DNA from: Calditrichaceae bacterium
GTDB lineage: Bacteria > Calditrichota > Calditrichia > RBG-13-44-9 > J075
Length of the DNA stretch: 64,000 nt
Direction of reading: 5' to 3'
NCBI GenBank assembly: GCA_013360445.1
Contig: JABWBP010000001.1
Coordinates: forward strand, 1 to 64,000
Positions 1 through 9,060 of the stretch are shown piece after piece. The number at the start of each line of letters is the position of its first letter. Positions within the stretch are counted from its first letter, which is position 1. Under the pieces are notes generated by a model. That model was not told the origin of the DNA. It searched no databases and saw nothing but the letters and a program-made list of their open reading frames with translations. A program made the translations under genes and the position numbers.

Positions 1-263
1 CGTGACCTCCACGAAGTTTTTTAGGTCTTTTCAGAAAAATCTGAACGCGAATACCCCAATTTAGTGCGCTTCCCGCGCATTTTGCAAAAGTTTAGTTATC
101 ACCTGCAACGTGGTTCAAAATACATATCGCTTCCGCAAATGTCAAACGGATAATCGCCCCGGCTTAAAAACGCATTTTTTCGATCTTGTTTTTCCGGGTG
201 CGCTTCCGTAAAATCCGGGGGTTTTCAAGTAACGGAACACGGGAAATAAGGTTATCGGCGGCC

Positions 264-1229
264 ATGAGCGCAAAATCTCTCACTCAGCTTGCCTCCACCT
301 GCGGGGTGGGCAACAGCCCCTTCTTCCAAAAAGTAGTGGAACAGGCGCGAGTTCTCGCTAAAATCCCCCGCCCGATTTTGATTCGCGGGGAGCGCGGCAC
401 CGGCAAGGAGTTGTTAGCGCGCTACATTCACCAGCAAAGCGAGCGGGCGGAAAACGCTTACGTGGTGGTCAATTGCGCCGCTTTCCAGGAAGATCTGTTC
501 GTGGCGGAGATGTTCGGGCGGGAAAAAGGCGCTTACACCGGGGCGCTGGATTCCAAACCGGGCAAATTAGAGTTGGCGGACCGGGGAACGCTCTTTTTAG
601 ATGAAATCGCCAACATGAACCGCACCGTGCAGGAAAAACTGCTCCGGGTGATCGAATACCAGACCTTCGAGCGGCTGGGCAGCAACCGCTCCATCGAAGT
701 GGACGTGCGCATCATCGCCGCCACCAACGCGGATTTGGAAAAAATGATGGAAAACAGCGAGTTTCTGCCCGACCTTCACGACCGCCTCTCCTTCGCCGAG
801 ATTACCCTGCCCCCGCTGCGCAAGCGCCGGGAAGACATCCCCGCGCTGATCGAATATTTCATCCGGCAATTGCACCAGGAAATCCCCAACCTGGAGCCCA
901 AACAGTTTACCGAATCGGCCATCAGCGAATTGCAGGCTTACCACTGGCCGGGCAACATCCGCCAGCTAAAGAACATCATTGAGCGCCTCTACATTTCCGA
1001 CGAAGACGGCATCATTCAGGCTACCGAGCTTCCCCTGGAAATTACTTCCGTGGAGCCCCTGCGGGGGAACTTTTACGAAAAGGTGATGGCCTACGAAAAG
1101 ACCCTCCTGCTTACCGCCCTGAAGGATCACAATGGCAACCAGCGCGCCGCCGCGGAATCCCTGGGCATGACTTACGACCAGTTCCGGCACTTCTACAAAA
1201 AATATCATCTTGACGAATTGTTGGTGTAG
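264..1229 (+). CDS. pspF: Sigma-54-dependent transcriptional activator, PspF-like: AAA+ sigma-54 interaction domain plus C-terminal Fis-type HTH, no receiver domain
   Basis: Translation has the Walker A GERGTGKE, a GAFTGA-like EMFGREKGAYTGA, and the C-terminal HTH QRAAAESLGMTYDQFRHFYKK. The N-terminus aligns with E. coli PspF if the ATG at 264 is used; the ORF track starts earlier at 186. PspA lies downstream. Confidence 0.8.
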   Translation: MSAKSLTQLASTCGVGNSPFFQKVVEQARVLAKIPRPILIRGERGTGKELLARYIHQQSERAENAYVVVNCAAFQEDLFVAEMFGREKGAYTGALDSKPGKLELADRGTLFLDEIANMNRTVQEKLLRVIEYQTFERLGSNRSIEVDVRIIAATNADLEKMMENSEFLPDLHDRLSFAEITLPPLRKRREDIPALIEYFIRQLHQEIPNLEPKQFTESAISELQAYHWPGNIRQLKNIIERLYISDEDGIIQATELPLEITSVEPLRGNFYEKVMAYEKTLLLTALKDHNGNQRAAAESLGMTYDQFRHFYKKYHLDELLV

Positions 1230-1235
1230 GCGCGG

Positions 1236-1465
1236 AGCGCAGAGAGCATGGCGCATGGCGCATGGCGGATATTCTTCGGGAGAAGCGTCGGCAGGAATCT
1301 TCCCGGCAGAGCTTAAAATTGAACGCCTTTAGATCGAACCAGATCGACTTTTCATCCCCGCATTCGCGGGGACAAGCTTTGCACTTTTCATTTTGCATTT
1401 TGCACTTTCCAATTTGCATTTTTCACTTTGCACTCTGGCGTAAATCCCCTCGCGGTTGGCGGAAT
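1236..1465. repeat. Low-complexity repeat patch: gcgcatggcg x3, then six or more TTGCAYTTT-like units
   Basis: Directly visible: gcgcatggcgcatggcgcatggcg at 1238-1262, and ttgcacttttcattttgcattttgcactttccaatttgcatttttcactttgcac at 1379-1435. The TTGCA units resemble sigma-54 -12 elements, but no clean GG-N10-GC promoter is present. Confidence 0.6.
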
Positions 1466-1565
1466 CCGCCAACTCCCTGTTTCCTACCCATTGAAAATTA
1501 AGGTTTTTTACCTGGCATTTCACTTGCGTTACTCTTCAGCAGCAGAATCAGAGAGAGGGTACGTG

Positions 1566-1976
1566 ATGGTAAGAGTCGATACCGTGCAAGATCACCGCAA
1601 AAGAATTTTAGAAGTGCAAACCTTTTTAATCGCCCGGGCGGCGAAGCTGGTTTATGAAAAGATCGGCCCCGGCTTTGCTGAGAATGTTTACCGGGAAGCG
1701 TTGCAAAAAGAGTTCGACCAAAAGCGCATTCTCTACAAACAAACCTGCCCTGCGGAGGGGATTTCCGGGGGCGCGCCAGCCGAATTGGGCTTTCGCCCCG
1801 ATTTCTTATGTTTCGGAAAGCTGGTTCTGTTCACCATGGCGGCGGAAGCAATCACGGAAATGCACTGCCGGCAGTTAAGAGAGTGCCTGTTAAAGTTAAA
1901 GGCGCCGGTGGGGTTGGTCGTCAACTTCGGGCGGGAAATGCTCAGCATGGAAAGAGTGCTTATCGGAAAGGGGTGA
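1566..1976 (+). CDS. GxxExxY-family protein (PD-(D/E)XK nuclease-like fold)
   Basis: Contains GPGFAENVYREAL (the GxxExxY motif) and the family-typical C-terminal LVVNFGRE. ATG at 1566 is preceded by gagagaggg. The longer track ORF starting at 1428 is rejected. Confidence 0.55.
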   Translation: MVRVDTVQDHRKRILEVQTFLIARAAKLVYEKIGPGFAENVYREALQKEFDQKRILYKQTCPAEGISGGAPAELGFRPDFLCFGKLVLFTMAAEAITEMHCRQLRECLLKLKAPVGLVVNFGREMLSMERVLIGKG

Positions 1977-1980
1977 AATC

Positions 1981-2532
1981 ATGGTTTCGCAAACCGGTTC
2001 CCAGGGAGCAATTCTTTTCCGGGAAGAACAGAGCTTTCGACAGACCTGGATATGGGTCGCCGCAGGCTTAGCGGTCGCGGTGGTATGGGGATTGTTTGCT
2101 TTTATCATTTATAAGCAACTGGTTCAGGGGGAACCGGTGGGGGATAATCCCATGCCCAACAGCACCCTGGCCTGGTTCGGCCCGTTGATGATGTTAGCAA
2201 TGGCCGGGCTAATACTCTTATTACAGAAGTCAAAGCTGCGGGTTCAGGTGCATCCCGACCATCTCCACATCCGCTTTTTCCCGTTTCTTACCAGAAATAT
2301 CCCCTTGAGCGAGATTGTACGCTGGGAGGCGCGAACTTATCGACCGATTCGGGAATATGGCGGATGGGGAATCCGCTATGGATTCAAGGGCAGGGCTTAC
2401 AACGTGAGCGGGAATCGCGGGGTGCAATTAGAATTAAGCGGGGGCAAAAGATTGCTGATCGGCTCCCAACGGGCGGAGGAGTTTGCCCTGGCCATTGAAA
2501 CCGCAAAAAAGCGGCAGACGAACAGGCAATAA
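1981..2532 (+). CDS. Membrane protein with two TM helices and a bacterial PH-like domain (YdbS/bPH_2-like)
   Basis: Two hydrophobic helices (WIWVAAGLAVAVVWGLFAFIIY and LAWFGPLMMLAMAGLILLL) are followed by a beta-rich domain, GWGIRYGFKGRAYNVSGNRGVQLELSGGKRLLIG. Confidence 0.5.
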   Translation: MVSQTGSQGAILFREEQSFRQTWIWVAAGLAVAVVWGLFAFIIYKQLVQGEPVGDNPMPNSTLAWFGPLMMLAMAGLILLLQKSKLRVQVHPDHLHIRFFPFLTRNIPLSEIVRWEARTYRPIREYGGWGIRYGFKGRAYNVSGNRGVQLELSGGKRLLIGSQRAEEFALAIETAKKRQTNRQ

Positions 2533-2578
2533 ATTTTATAGCATAATCACGGTGAATCGTAACCAAAGGAGTGATGCC

Positions 2579-3292
2579 ATGTCTATTCTTCAGCGTATTT
2601 CCAAATTGATCAGCGCCAATATCAACCATCTGTTAGATGAAGCGGAAGACCCGGAAGTGATGGTGAAACAGCTCATCCGCGACATGGAAGAGAGCATCAT
2701 CGAGCTGCGGCGGGAAACCATCAAAGCCATCGGGCAGCAGAAGCACCTGGAAAAGCAAATTCAGGCGGCGCAAAGCCAGGGTTCGGAGGTGGAAAGCAAA
2801 GCCGTGCTGGCCCTGGAAAGCGGCGACGAAACCCTGGCGCGGCAACTGCTCGCCAAAAAACTGGATTTGCAGGCCTCCGCAACCTCTTTGGAGCAGGAGT
2901 TGGTGAACGCCGCGCGCGCCTCCGAGGTGATGAAATCCAACCTCGCAAAGTTAGAAGACCAGGTGCAGATCGCCCGGCAGAAAAAAGAGGAATTGATTCG
3001 CCGGAAACGCTCCGCCGAAGCGCAGCTGCGCTCCCAGGAGGCGCTGCAAAAATCCCATGAGGCGCTCTACGCAATTTCCGGCGCCGCCGGCGACATCGAC
3101 GCCCACACCAGCGCCATCGAATCTTACAAACAGAAAATCCTGGAAATGGAAGCGGAGGCGGAAGCCTCCGAAGAACTGCTGGCGCTCAACGCGGAAAAGA
3201 AAAACAAAGAGATCGCCCTGGACAAATACATCAAAAGCAAAGCCGTGGAAGACGAACTGGCGAAGCTGAAGAAGAAATTGCAGGAGAAATAG
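2579..3292 (+). CDS. pspA: Phage-shock protein A (PspA/IM30/Vipp1 family)
   Basis: MSILQRISKLISANINHLLDEAEDPEVMVKQLIRDMEESIIELRRE aligns with the E. coli PspA N-terminus, and the protein is long coiled-coil. ATG at 2579 has aaggag 10 nt upstream. The track ORF start at 2483 is rejected. Confidence 0.88.
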   Translation: MSILQRISKLISANINHLLDEAEDPEVMVKQLIRDMEESIIELRRETIKAIGQQKHLEKQIQAAQSQGSEVESKAVLALESGDETLARQLLAKKLDLQASATSLEQELVNAARASEVMKSNLAKLEDQVQIARQKKEELIRRKRSAEAQLRSQEALQKSHEALYAISGAAGDIDAHTSAIESYKQKILEMEAEAEASEELLALNAEKKNKEIALDKYIKSKAVEDELAKLKKKLQEK

Positions 3293-3545
3293 GGTGTCAT
3301 TCGCCTGCGGCGCCATTCGCTGCGCGGTCATTCGCCTGCGGCGCCATTCGCTGCGCGGTCATTTGCCTGCGGCGTCATTAGCGCTTCGCGCGTCAGTATT
3401 GGTCATTGGGCTTCGCGTCATTGATTGATTTCGATTGCATTGCTCAACACCTTGAAGCGAGTGAATGACAACAAATGACGCCGCAGGCAAATGACGGCGA
3501 AGCCAAATGACAGCGCAGCGAATGACCACTATGACATCTTCTTAA
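3293..3545. repeat. GTCATT/AATGAC-type foldback repeat: tandem ~15-16-nt units on the left arm, their complements on the right arm
   Basis: Left arm is gtcattcgcctgcggcgccattcgctgcgcg x2, then gtcatttgcctgcggcgtcattagcgcttcgcgcgtcag. Right arm is aatgacaacaaatgacgccgcaggcaaatgacggcgaagccaaatgacagcgcagcgaatgacc. The same family recurs at five more loci. Confidence 0.85.
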
Positions 3546-3562
3546 CCATAAGGAAATCGGCC

Positions 3563-4222
3563 ATGCTAACCCTCTACCTGGCGTGTTTGATTTTCGGGGG
3601 CGTTTTTATCATCGTCTCCCTGTTCTTCGGGTCGGATGCGGACGCGGACGTGGATACCGGGGGAGATTTGCATTTCGACAGCGGCGGGGATGCCCATTTC
3701 GATGCCGGAGGGGGCGGCCACGACGTCCATATCGATTCATCCGCCGGCGCCGACGTTCACCACGGGGAAGGCTTAGCCGAGACGATCAAATTCCTCAGCC
3801 TGCGGAATATCGTTTTCTTCATCGCTTTTTTCGGCCTCACCGGAACGGTGCTGACCTGGCTGGGGGCCTGGCCGGTCTTCAGCTTTCCCGTCGCGCTGGG
3901 AATGGGTTTTTTCTCCGCCGCCCTGATGCACAAAGCCCTGCGCTACCTGGTAAAAACCGAGGTGAGCGGCGGGGTAAACCTGGAAGATTTATCCGGCCTT
4001 TCCGCCAAAGTCCTCATCGATTTGTCGAAAAACCAACGCGGCAAAATTTCCCTCAAAACCGGGGGCCAGTTTATGCAGTTGCTGGCCCTGGTTGCGGACG
4101 TCTCCGGCCGGCAAGCATTTAAAGCCGGCGAAGAAGTGATTATCTTAGAAGTAAAGAACGGCCTGGCGTACGTGGTGGAGAAGGAGTTTATTTTCCAAAG
4201 AGAGGGGGGAGGGAATGCGTAA
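3563..4222 (+). CDS. NfeD/YqiJ-like membrane protein with a C-terminal OB-fold domain, partner of flotillin
   Basis: An N-terminal TM helix is followed by an Asp/His/Gly-rich low-complexity loop, two more TM helices and a C-terminal OB-like beta domain (KVLIDLSKNQRGKISLKTGGQFMQLLALVAD...EVIILEVKNGLAYVVEK). It sits immediately upstream of the flotillin gene. ATG at 3563 has aaggaa upstream. Confidence 0.7.
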   Translation: MLTLYLACLIFGGVFIIVSLFFGSDADADVDTGGDLHFDSGGDAHFDAGGGGHDVHIDSSAGADVHHGEGLAETIKFLSLRNIVFFIAFFGLTGTVLTWLGAWPVFSFPVALGMGFFSAALMHKALRYLVKTEVSGGVNLEDLSGLSAKVLIDLSKNQRGKISLKTGGQFMQLLALVADVSGRQAFKAGEEVIILEVKNGLAYVVEKEFIFQREGGGNA

Positions 4223-4335
4223 AACGTAAGGCGTAAAGCGTAACTTTGGGGGGGTTGCGTATTTCGTATTGCGTATTCCGCTTCTTACGCATTACGTTTT
4301 ACGAGTTACGCAATACGCTTCCCCCTCTTTCATTG
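4205..4335. repeat. CGTAA/TTACG-type foldback repeat flanked by G-rich and C-rich clamps
   Basis: agaggggggagggaa tgcgtaaaacgtaaggcgtaaagcgtaac ... ttacgcattacgttttacgagttacgcaatacgc ttccccctcttt. The arms are tandem GCGTAA-like units and their complements. The last NfeD codons and its stop lie inside this element. Confidence 0.75.
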
Positions 4336-4373
4336 TCAAAAGCTTCCATACATTTCACAAGGAGATTCAACTT

Positions 4374-5921
4374 ATGGACTTTATCGTTGCAACGCTGTTT
4401 ATCGCTATTATTGCCGTGATCATCATCGGTATGTTTATCAGCCGGTTTTTGTTGATTTGCCATCCCAACGAGGTGATCATCCTTTCCGGGCGGAAGCGCA
4501 AACTGCCCGACGGCAGCGTGGTCGGCTACCGGCTGATTCGCGGCGGGCGGGCCATCCGCATTCCGGTGTTAGAAAAAGCCGCCCGCATGTCCTTAGAAGT
4601 TATCCCCCTGGAATTGAGCGTGCACAATGCCTATTCCAAAGGCGGCATTCCCCTGAACGTGGAAGCGATTGCCAACGTCAAGATCGATTCCACGGAACCG
4701 GCCTTCGGCAACGCGGTGGAGCGTTTCCTGGCCAAGCCGCTGGCGGAAATCCACAAAATCGCCAAAGACACTTTAGAAGGGAACCTGCGCGGGGTGCTGG
4801 CCACTCTTACCCCGGAAGAGGTGAACGAAGACCGCCTGAAATTCGCCCAGAGCCTCATCGACGAGGCGGATAACGACCTGAAACAGTTGGGATTGCAGCT
4901 CGATACCCTGAAAATCCAGAACGTTTCCGACGAAGCCGGTTACTTAGATTCCATCGGGCGGCGCAAGACCGCGGAAGTTCTTTCAGAAGCGCGCAAGGCC
5001 GAGGCGGCCCGGGCGGCGGACGCGGAGCAGGCCGAGGCGGAATCGCGCCAGCAGGCGGAAATCGCCAAGGCCCGGGCGGAACAGGAGATCAAAGCGGCGC
5101 AGATCGACGTGCAGCGGGAAGTGAAAACCGCCCAGGCGATTGCCGACGCCGCGGCCCGCAAGGCGGAAGCGGACCAGCGCGCCCAGGCGGAAGAAGCCGA
5201 GGCTGCCGGAAAAAAACGCGCCGAAGTGGCCCGCACCCTGGCCGACCAGGAAATCCAGATGGCGCAGATCAACCGCGACCGGGAAGTGAAGGTCAACCTG
5301 GCGCAGGCGGGGCAAAAAATCGAGATCGAAAACAACAGCCTGCGCATCAAAAAAGCAGAGCTGGAGCGCGACGCGGTGATCAAGGAAAAGGAAGCGGAGG
5401 TCGCCGGGCAGAAAGCCAAGGCCAAATTCGAGCAGGATATGGAGCAGGAGCGCATCATTCTGCAGCAAAAGCGCTTGATGGCCGACGTCATCGAGCCGGC
5501 CCGCGCCAAAAAAGATGCCCTGGAATTAGAAGCCAAAGGCGCCGCCGCGCCGATTCTGGAAAAAGGAAAGGCCAATTTGGAAGTGCTCCGGCAAATGATT
5601 ACCACTTACCAGAGCGCCGAGGGCGAAGGCGACAGGGTGTTCATGCTGAACATGCTGCCGGATATCATCAAACAATTGGCCGAAACGGTGAACAAGGTGA
5701 CCATCGACAAGGTCAGCGTGATCGACAGCGGTTCCGGGAACGGCGCCGGCCTGGGACGGTTCATCAACCAGCTTCCCGCGGCGGTAATCTCCCTGGCGGA
5801 GCAGATCGAGAACGCCACGGGGGTGAATATTCTCAGCCAGTTCCGGCACAATCAAGATGAGCCAACGGGCACTCCCCGGAAAGGCAAGACAAAGCCGGAT
5901 GGGCAGGGAAAAGCAGTATGA
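4374..5921 (+). CDS. Flotillin / SPFH (band 7) domain protein, YqiK/FloT-like
   Basis: An N-terminal TM helix is followed by an SPFH domain (IRGGRAIRIPVLEKAARMSLEVIPLELSV...NVEAIANVKIDS) and a long Ala/Glu/Gln-rich coiled coil. ATG at 4374 has aaggag 10 nt upstream. It is paired with the NfeD-like gene. Confidence 0.88.
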   Translation: MDFIVATLFIAIIAVIIIGMFISRFLLICHPNEVIILSGRKRKLPDGSVVGYRLIRGGRAIRIPVLEKAARMSLEVIPLELSVHNAYSKGGIPLNVEAIANVKIDSTEPAFGNAVERFLAKPLAEIHKIAKDTLEGNLRGVLATLTPEEVNEDRLKFAQSLIDEADNDLKQLGLQLDTLKIQNVSDEAGYLDSIGRRKTAEVLSEARKAEAARAADAEQAEAESRQQAEIAKARAEQEIKAAQIDVQREVKTAQAIADAAARKAEADQRAQAEEAEAAGKKRAEVARTLADQEIQMAQINRDREVKVNLAQAGQKIEIENNSLRIKKAELERDAVIKEKEAEVAGQKAKAKFEQDMEQERIILQQKRLMADVIEPARAKKDALELEAKGAAAPILEKGKANLEVLRQMITTYQSAEGEGDRVFMLNMLPDIIKQLAETVNKVTIDKVSVIDSGSGNGAGLGRFINQLPAAVISLAEQIENATGVNILSQFRHNQDEPTGTPRKGKTKPDGQGKAV

Positions 5922-6068
5922 CGAGGCTTTTCCGTCGAGCACGCTACAATCACAGCGAGTAAAGAGGTATTTCCAACCCATTCCCGGCCTTGATTTAAGC
6001 GAGAGGTTATCGTATTTTCGCATACCTGCCCGGCGACGGGGAGGATGCCCATTTAACGGAGGATTGCC

Positions 6069-6413
6069 ATGGAATTCTTGAAAAAACTTGCCTTGTTCGC
6101 GATACTGCTTTTAATATTAGGATGCGCCGGGGCCACCAAAGTACGGGACCTCAACGCCAATCCCCAGAAATACAACGGAAAAGTGGTGACCGTTAAAGGG
6201 CGGGTCATCGAGAGCTATTCTCTGCCCATCATCTCCTTCGGAGTGGCGCGCATCGACGACGGCAGCGGAGAAATCTGGGTGAAACCGCACGACCGCAGTT
6301 TTTTCGAGGGAGAAAAGGTGACCGTGAAGGGGGTGCTCAAAATCGGGATGACCCTGGGGAGCAAATCCTTCGGGTACATGGTGGTGGAAGAGCCGAAGGA
6401 AAAGAAGAAGTAG
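6069..6413 (+). CDS. Small lipoprotein with a predicted OB-fold (BOF/YgiW-like)
   Basis: Signal peptide with lipobox LILGC, then KVVTVKGRVIE...GEKVTVKGVLKIG, which looks like a beta-sandwich or OB pattern. Basic tail KEKKK. Confidence 0.5.
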   Translation: MEFLKKLALFAILLLILGCAGATKVRDLNANPQKYNGKVVTVKGRVIESYSLPIISFGVARIDDGSGEIWVKPHDRSFFEGEKVTVKGVLKIGMTLGSKSFGYMVVEEPKEKKK

Positions 6414-6427
6414 AACAAGCGGAAGAG

Positions 6428-6640
6428 CGGAAAAACAACTTAACTGATGTTACGCATTTTACCACATGGTTCGATAAACTCACCATGCAAAAGACACGGT
6501 GAACACAGAGTTTGCTTAGTGTTTTTTGCTTCAGCGCAGTCTCAAGTGCAATATATTTGATTTCCTCTGTGCTCTCCGTGGCTCTGTGGTTAATCTATTT
6601 GACTTGCATAACATCAGTAACTGAATGGCAAAATAATTCA
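6428..6640. mobile_element. MITE-like element copy A, ~180 bp, with terminal inverted repeats ACTGATGTTACGCATTTT ... TGCATAACATCAGT
   Basis: Termini aactgatgttacgcatttt and gcataacatcagtaact are near-perfect inverted complements. Internal inverted cacagag/ctctgtg motifs are present. A second copy with the same termini lies at 13448-13625. Confidence 0.65.
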
Positions 6641-6644
6641 AAAA

Positions 6645-7718
6645 TCATTTTGCCATTTCAAGATTAAACCCCAGCCCCGGCAGACCTGTGGGATAGAGAA
6701 TCCCGTCTTTCAGGATTACCGCCCCGGCGGAGGGATCGTCGAGCAAATCGAAGTGCCCGTCTAAGTCCGCGTAGGCCACGTTGGGGCGCGCCAGGGCAAA
6801 ATGCAGCCCCGCGGCAATGCCCAACGCCGCCTCGTCCATGCAGCCGATCATCGCTTCCAGTCCCGCGGAGCGCGCCACCGCGTTGATCATAAGCGCCTCG
6901 GAAATCCCCCCCACTTTCATCAGCTTCACGTTCACCATGTCCACTAAATCGTGCTTGGCCAGGCGAAAGGCGTCGCGCAGGTTCATCAGGCTCTCATCCG
7001 CCATCACCGGAATGTGAACCCCGCTGGTTACCCGCCCCAGCCAGTCCGGCTCCACTTTGGCGGTGGGCTGCTCGAAAAGCTCCAGTTTCGCCGAGCGGGT
7101 CGCTTCTACGAAATGCAGCGACTGCTCCACGGTGTAACCCTGGTTGGCGTCGAAACGCAGCTCGATGGGGGGACCCACCGCTTCGCGCACTTTTAATACC
7201 CGCTCGATGTCCGATTCCACGTCCGCCCCGCCCTTGAGTTTGAGGGATTTAAACCCCCGCCCCACAAATTCCCGGGCTTTTTCCAGCGTCTCTTGCAGGG
7301 GAAGAATGCCGATGGTAATGCTGGTGATCATCCGGTCGCGGAAACCGCCTAAGATTTTCCAGAGCGGGATGCCGGCGGTTTTCCCTAACAAATCGTACAG
7401 CGCCATGTCCACCGCCGCCAGGGCGGAGGGATGATTGGGCATGTGTTCCTTCAGGCGCTCTAACAGCAGCACCGGGCGCAGGGGATCGGAGCCGCTAAGA
7501 TTGGGAACCGCGATCTCTCCCAGGGCGGCTACCACGCCCGCGGGCGTTTCGCCGGTCACCTGTAAATCCGGCGCGGCGCAGCCGAAACCGTTCAGGCCGG
7601 TATTGGTTTCCAGGCGCAGAAAAATATTGGCGGTGGAGTCGATGGTCTCGTAGGCAATGGTATAAGGCTCCGCCAGGCGCATCTCCACCAGCCAGAATTC
7701 GAGGCGTTTGATTCTCAT
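6645..7718 (-). CDS. Dipeptide epimerase of the enolase superfamily (L-Ala-D/L-Glu epimerase, mandelate racemase / muconate lactonizing enzyme family)
   Basis: MR/MLE-family motifs are present, including the KLKGG and FDANQGYT metal-ligand regions and the MADESL and [14 protein letters not shown] blocks. Start is placed at MRIKRLEF (ATG 7716-7718). The longer 424-aa track ORF would read through the upstream hairpin repeat. Confidence 0.82.
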   Translation of the reverse strand: MRIKRLEFWLVEMRLAEPYTIAYETIDSTANIFLRLETNTGLNGFGCAAPDLQVTGETPAGVVAALGEIAVPNLSGSDPLRPVLLLERLKEHMPNHPSALAAVDMALYDLLGKTAGIPLWKILGGFRDRMITSITIGILPLQETLEKAREFVGRGFKSLKLKGGADVESDIERVLKVREAVGPPIELRFDANQGYTVEQSLHFVEATRSAKLELFEQPTAKVEPDWLGRVTSGVHIPVMADESLMNLRDAFRLAKHDLVDMVNVKLMKVGGISEALMINAVARSAGLEAMIGCMDEAALGIAAGLHFALARPNVAYADLDGHFDLLDDPSAGAVILKDGILYPTGLPGLGFNLEMAK

Positions 7719-7737
7719 GGGGTCTGCTTTCCGTATC

Positions 7738-7832
7738 AGGGCAGAGCGCAAAGGGCATAGGGCATGGCGCATAGAGCAGAGCACGACGTTTTTTCTCTGC
7801 GCTCTGCTCCATGCGCCATGCGCTCTGCGCGT
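7738..7832. repeat. Long hairpin with a TTTTTT loop (stem gcagagcgcaaagggcatagggcatggcgcatagagcagagc / gctctgctccatgcgccatgcgctctgcgc)
   Basis: The inverted repeat is directly visible at 7740-7830. It shares the gcgcatggcgcat unit with the patch at 1238-1262. It sits between the epimerase start and the creatininase stop and could act as a terminator or insulator. Confidence 0.65.
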
Positions 7833-8644
7833 TAATACCGCAACTGGTACAACTCTTCTAAGCTCATGCTCTTTAACTCCTCGACCAGGTTGACCAGGTG
7901 CTCGATCATGGTTTCCCACATTTTCGCTCCTTTTTCGGCGTTAGCTTTGGTGGGATCGCCGATCACGCCGCTGGAGGAAATCCGGGTGGTGTACGCATAC
8001 CAGGAAATCCAGCGCTGGGCGGTAAAATTCAGGTAACGAATGGAAAACTTCGGCACTTCCTTTTTCGCCAGCGCCATTTTGACCAGGTGCGGGCGCAGGG
8101 CCAGGGCGGTGCTGGTTTCGATCTCCCCGGCGTGGATGTCGTTAGGAGTGTCGATCATCCCGTAAATATCCACGTCGCTGGTCTCCCCGCTGTCCACTCC
8201 CACGAAAATGCGCTTTTCGCGGTTGATCTTCTGGGCGGCAAAATTCAAGGCCGGGCCGTTGCCCCCGTGCCCGTTGATGATGATCAACTTTTTGATCCCG
8301 TTGCGCGCCGCGTTGATGCCGATCTCATAGACCAGTTGCGCCATGGTTTCGTTGCTGATGCTGATGGTTCCGCTGAAATCATCGTGCTGGTAGGAAACCC
8401 CGTAGGGGATCAGCGGCAGAACCAGCGGTTTGGGGTCGCTGCACCGCGCCGCCACCTGGCGGGACAGGTAGTCGGCGTCGAATGCGTCGGTATCCAGGGG
8501 CAGGTGAGGGCCGTGCTGCTCGATGGCGCCCACGGGCAGCAGCGCCACGTCCACTTCCGCAAAGCGTTTTTTCGCTTCCGGCCAGGTCAATTCGCCGAGA
8601 AGGTAGCTCCGGGCGGCAGCGGATGGTTTATCTTTTTCTTCCAT
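7832..8644 (-). CDS. Creatininase-family amidohydrolase (creatinine amidohydrolase / MftE / ArfB-like metal-dependent hydrolase)
   Basis: Family signature [11 protein letters not shown]...IINGHGGN...HAGEIETS, with its metal-binding His, Asp and Glu residues, is present. Confidence 0.8.
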   Translation of the reverse strand: MEEKDKPSAAARSYLLGELTWPEAKKRFAEVDVALLPVGAIEQHGPHLPLDTDAFDADYLSRQVAARCSDPKPLVLPLIPYGVSYQHDDFSGTISISNETMAQLVYEIGINAARNGIKKLIIINGHGGNGPALNFAAQKINREKRIFVGVDSGETSDVDIYGMIDTPNDIHAGEIETSTALALRPHLVKMALAKKEVPKFSIRYLNFTAQRWISWYAYTTRISSSGVIGDPTKANAEKGAKMWETMIEHLVNLVEELKSMSLEELYQLRY

Positions 8645-8654
8645 GGATATATTT

Positions 8655-9060
8655 CTCCTTAAAAGTATAGCTCATTGGGGTCATTTGTTGTCATTTGCGC
8701 TTCGCGCGTCATTTATTGTCATTTACTTTGCGTCATTGGTGGTCATTTGCCCGTTAGGTTGGGGCGTTGCCGGAACTGCGCACGCCGTTGGAATGACGCT
8801 AAAGGTAAAATGACCACCAATGGCGCGTGAAACGCTATACTTTACGCGGTCTTAAATTAGACTTTTTAAAGAGGATGTACACTTGATTGCACTCATTCGT
8901 TTTCCACACGCTGAAGCGTGGCAATCAAAGATTACCTCACTTCAGTGAGGAATGCCCCCCCTCAAAAGTCTCATTAAATCCCGCGCGAAGTATAATGACG
9001 ATGAATGACGCGAAGCAAATGACACCGGAGGTAAATGACGCGAAGCCAATGACAAGAAAT
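8655..9060. repeat. GTCATT/AATGAC-type foldback repeat, two blocks separated by ~150 bp that contains small hairpins
   Basis: Left block is ggtcatttgttgtcatttgcgcttcgcgcgtcatttattgtcatttactttgcgtcattggtggtcatttgcc. Its complement is aatgacgctaaaggtaaaatgaccaccaatggcgcg. A second block at 8990-9055 is ataatgacgatgaatgacgcgaagcaaatgacaccggaggtaaatgacgcgaagccaatgac. Confidence 0.85.

Noticed and set aside
186-263. Longer N-terminal extensions offered by the ORF track for several genes (186 for the PspF-like gene, 2483 for pspA, 4269 for the flotillin, 7919 for the epimerase, 27808 and 30427 for the permeases, 35447 for the kinase, 11881 for DUF1611)
   Set aside because: In each case a downstream ATG has a Shine-Dalgarno site and matches family N-termini, while the extension reads through a repeat element.
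1379-1435. TTGCA-rich repeat patch as stacked sigma-54 -12 elements
   Set aside because: No matching -24 GG element at the correct spacing for any unit. More likely a simple tandem repeat.
2480-2510. Possible sigma-54 promoter tGGccattgaaaccGCa upstream of pspA
   Set aside because: GG-to-GC spacing is one nucleotide too long and the -12 TTGC is absent. It lies inside the upstream ORF. Kept only as a weak candidate.
3583-4122. 179-aa Arg-rich ORF in an alternative frame of the NfeD-like gene, and similar alternate-frame or antisense ORFs (4457-4873, 4940-5605, 14758-15612, 17110-17838, 29004-30028, 34237-35436, 36103-37035, 13827-14993)
   Set aside because: High-GC DNA produces long spurious ORFs. 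These overlap confidently assigned genes, have Arg/Pro/Gly-biased low-complexity translations and no motifs.
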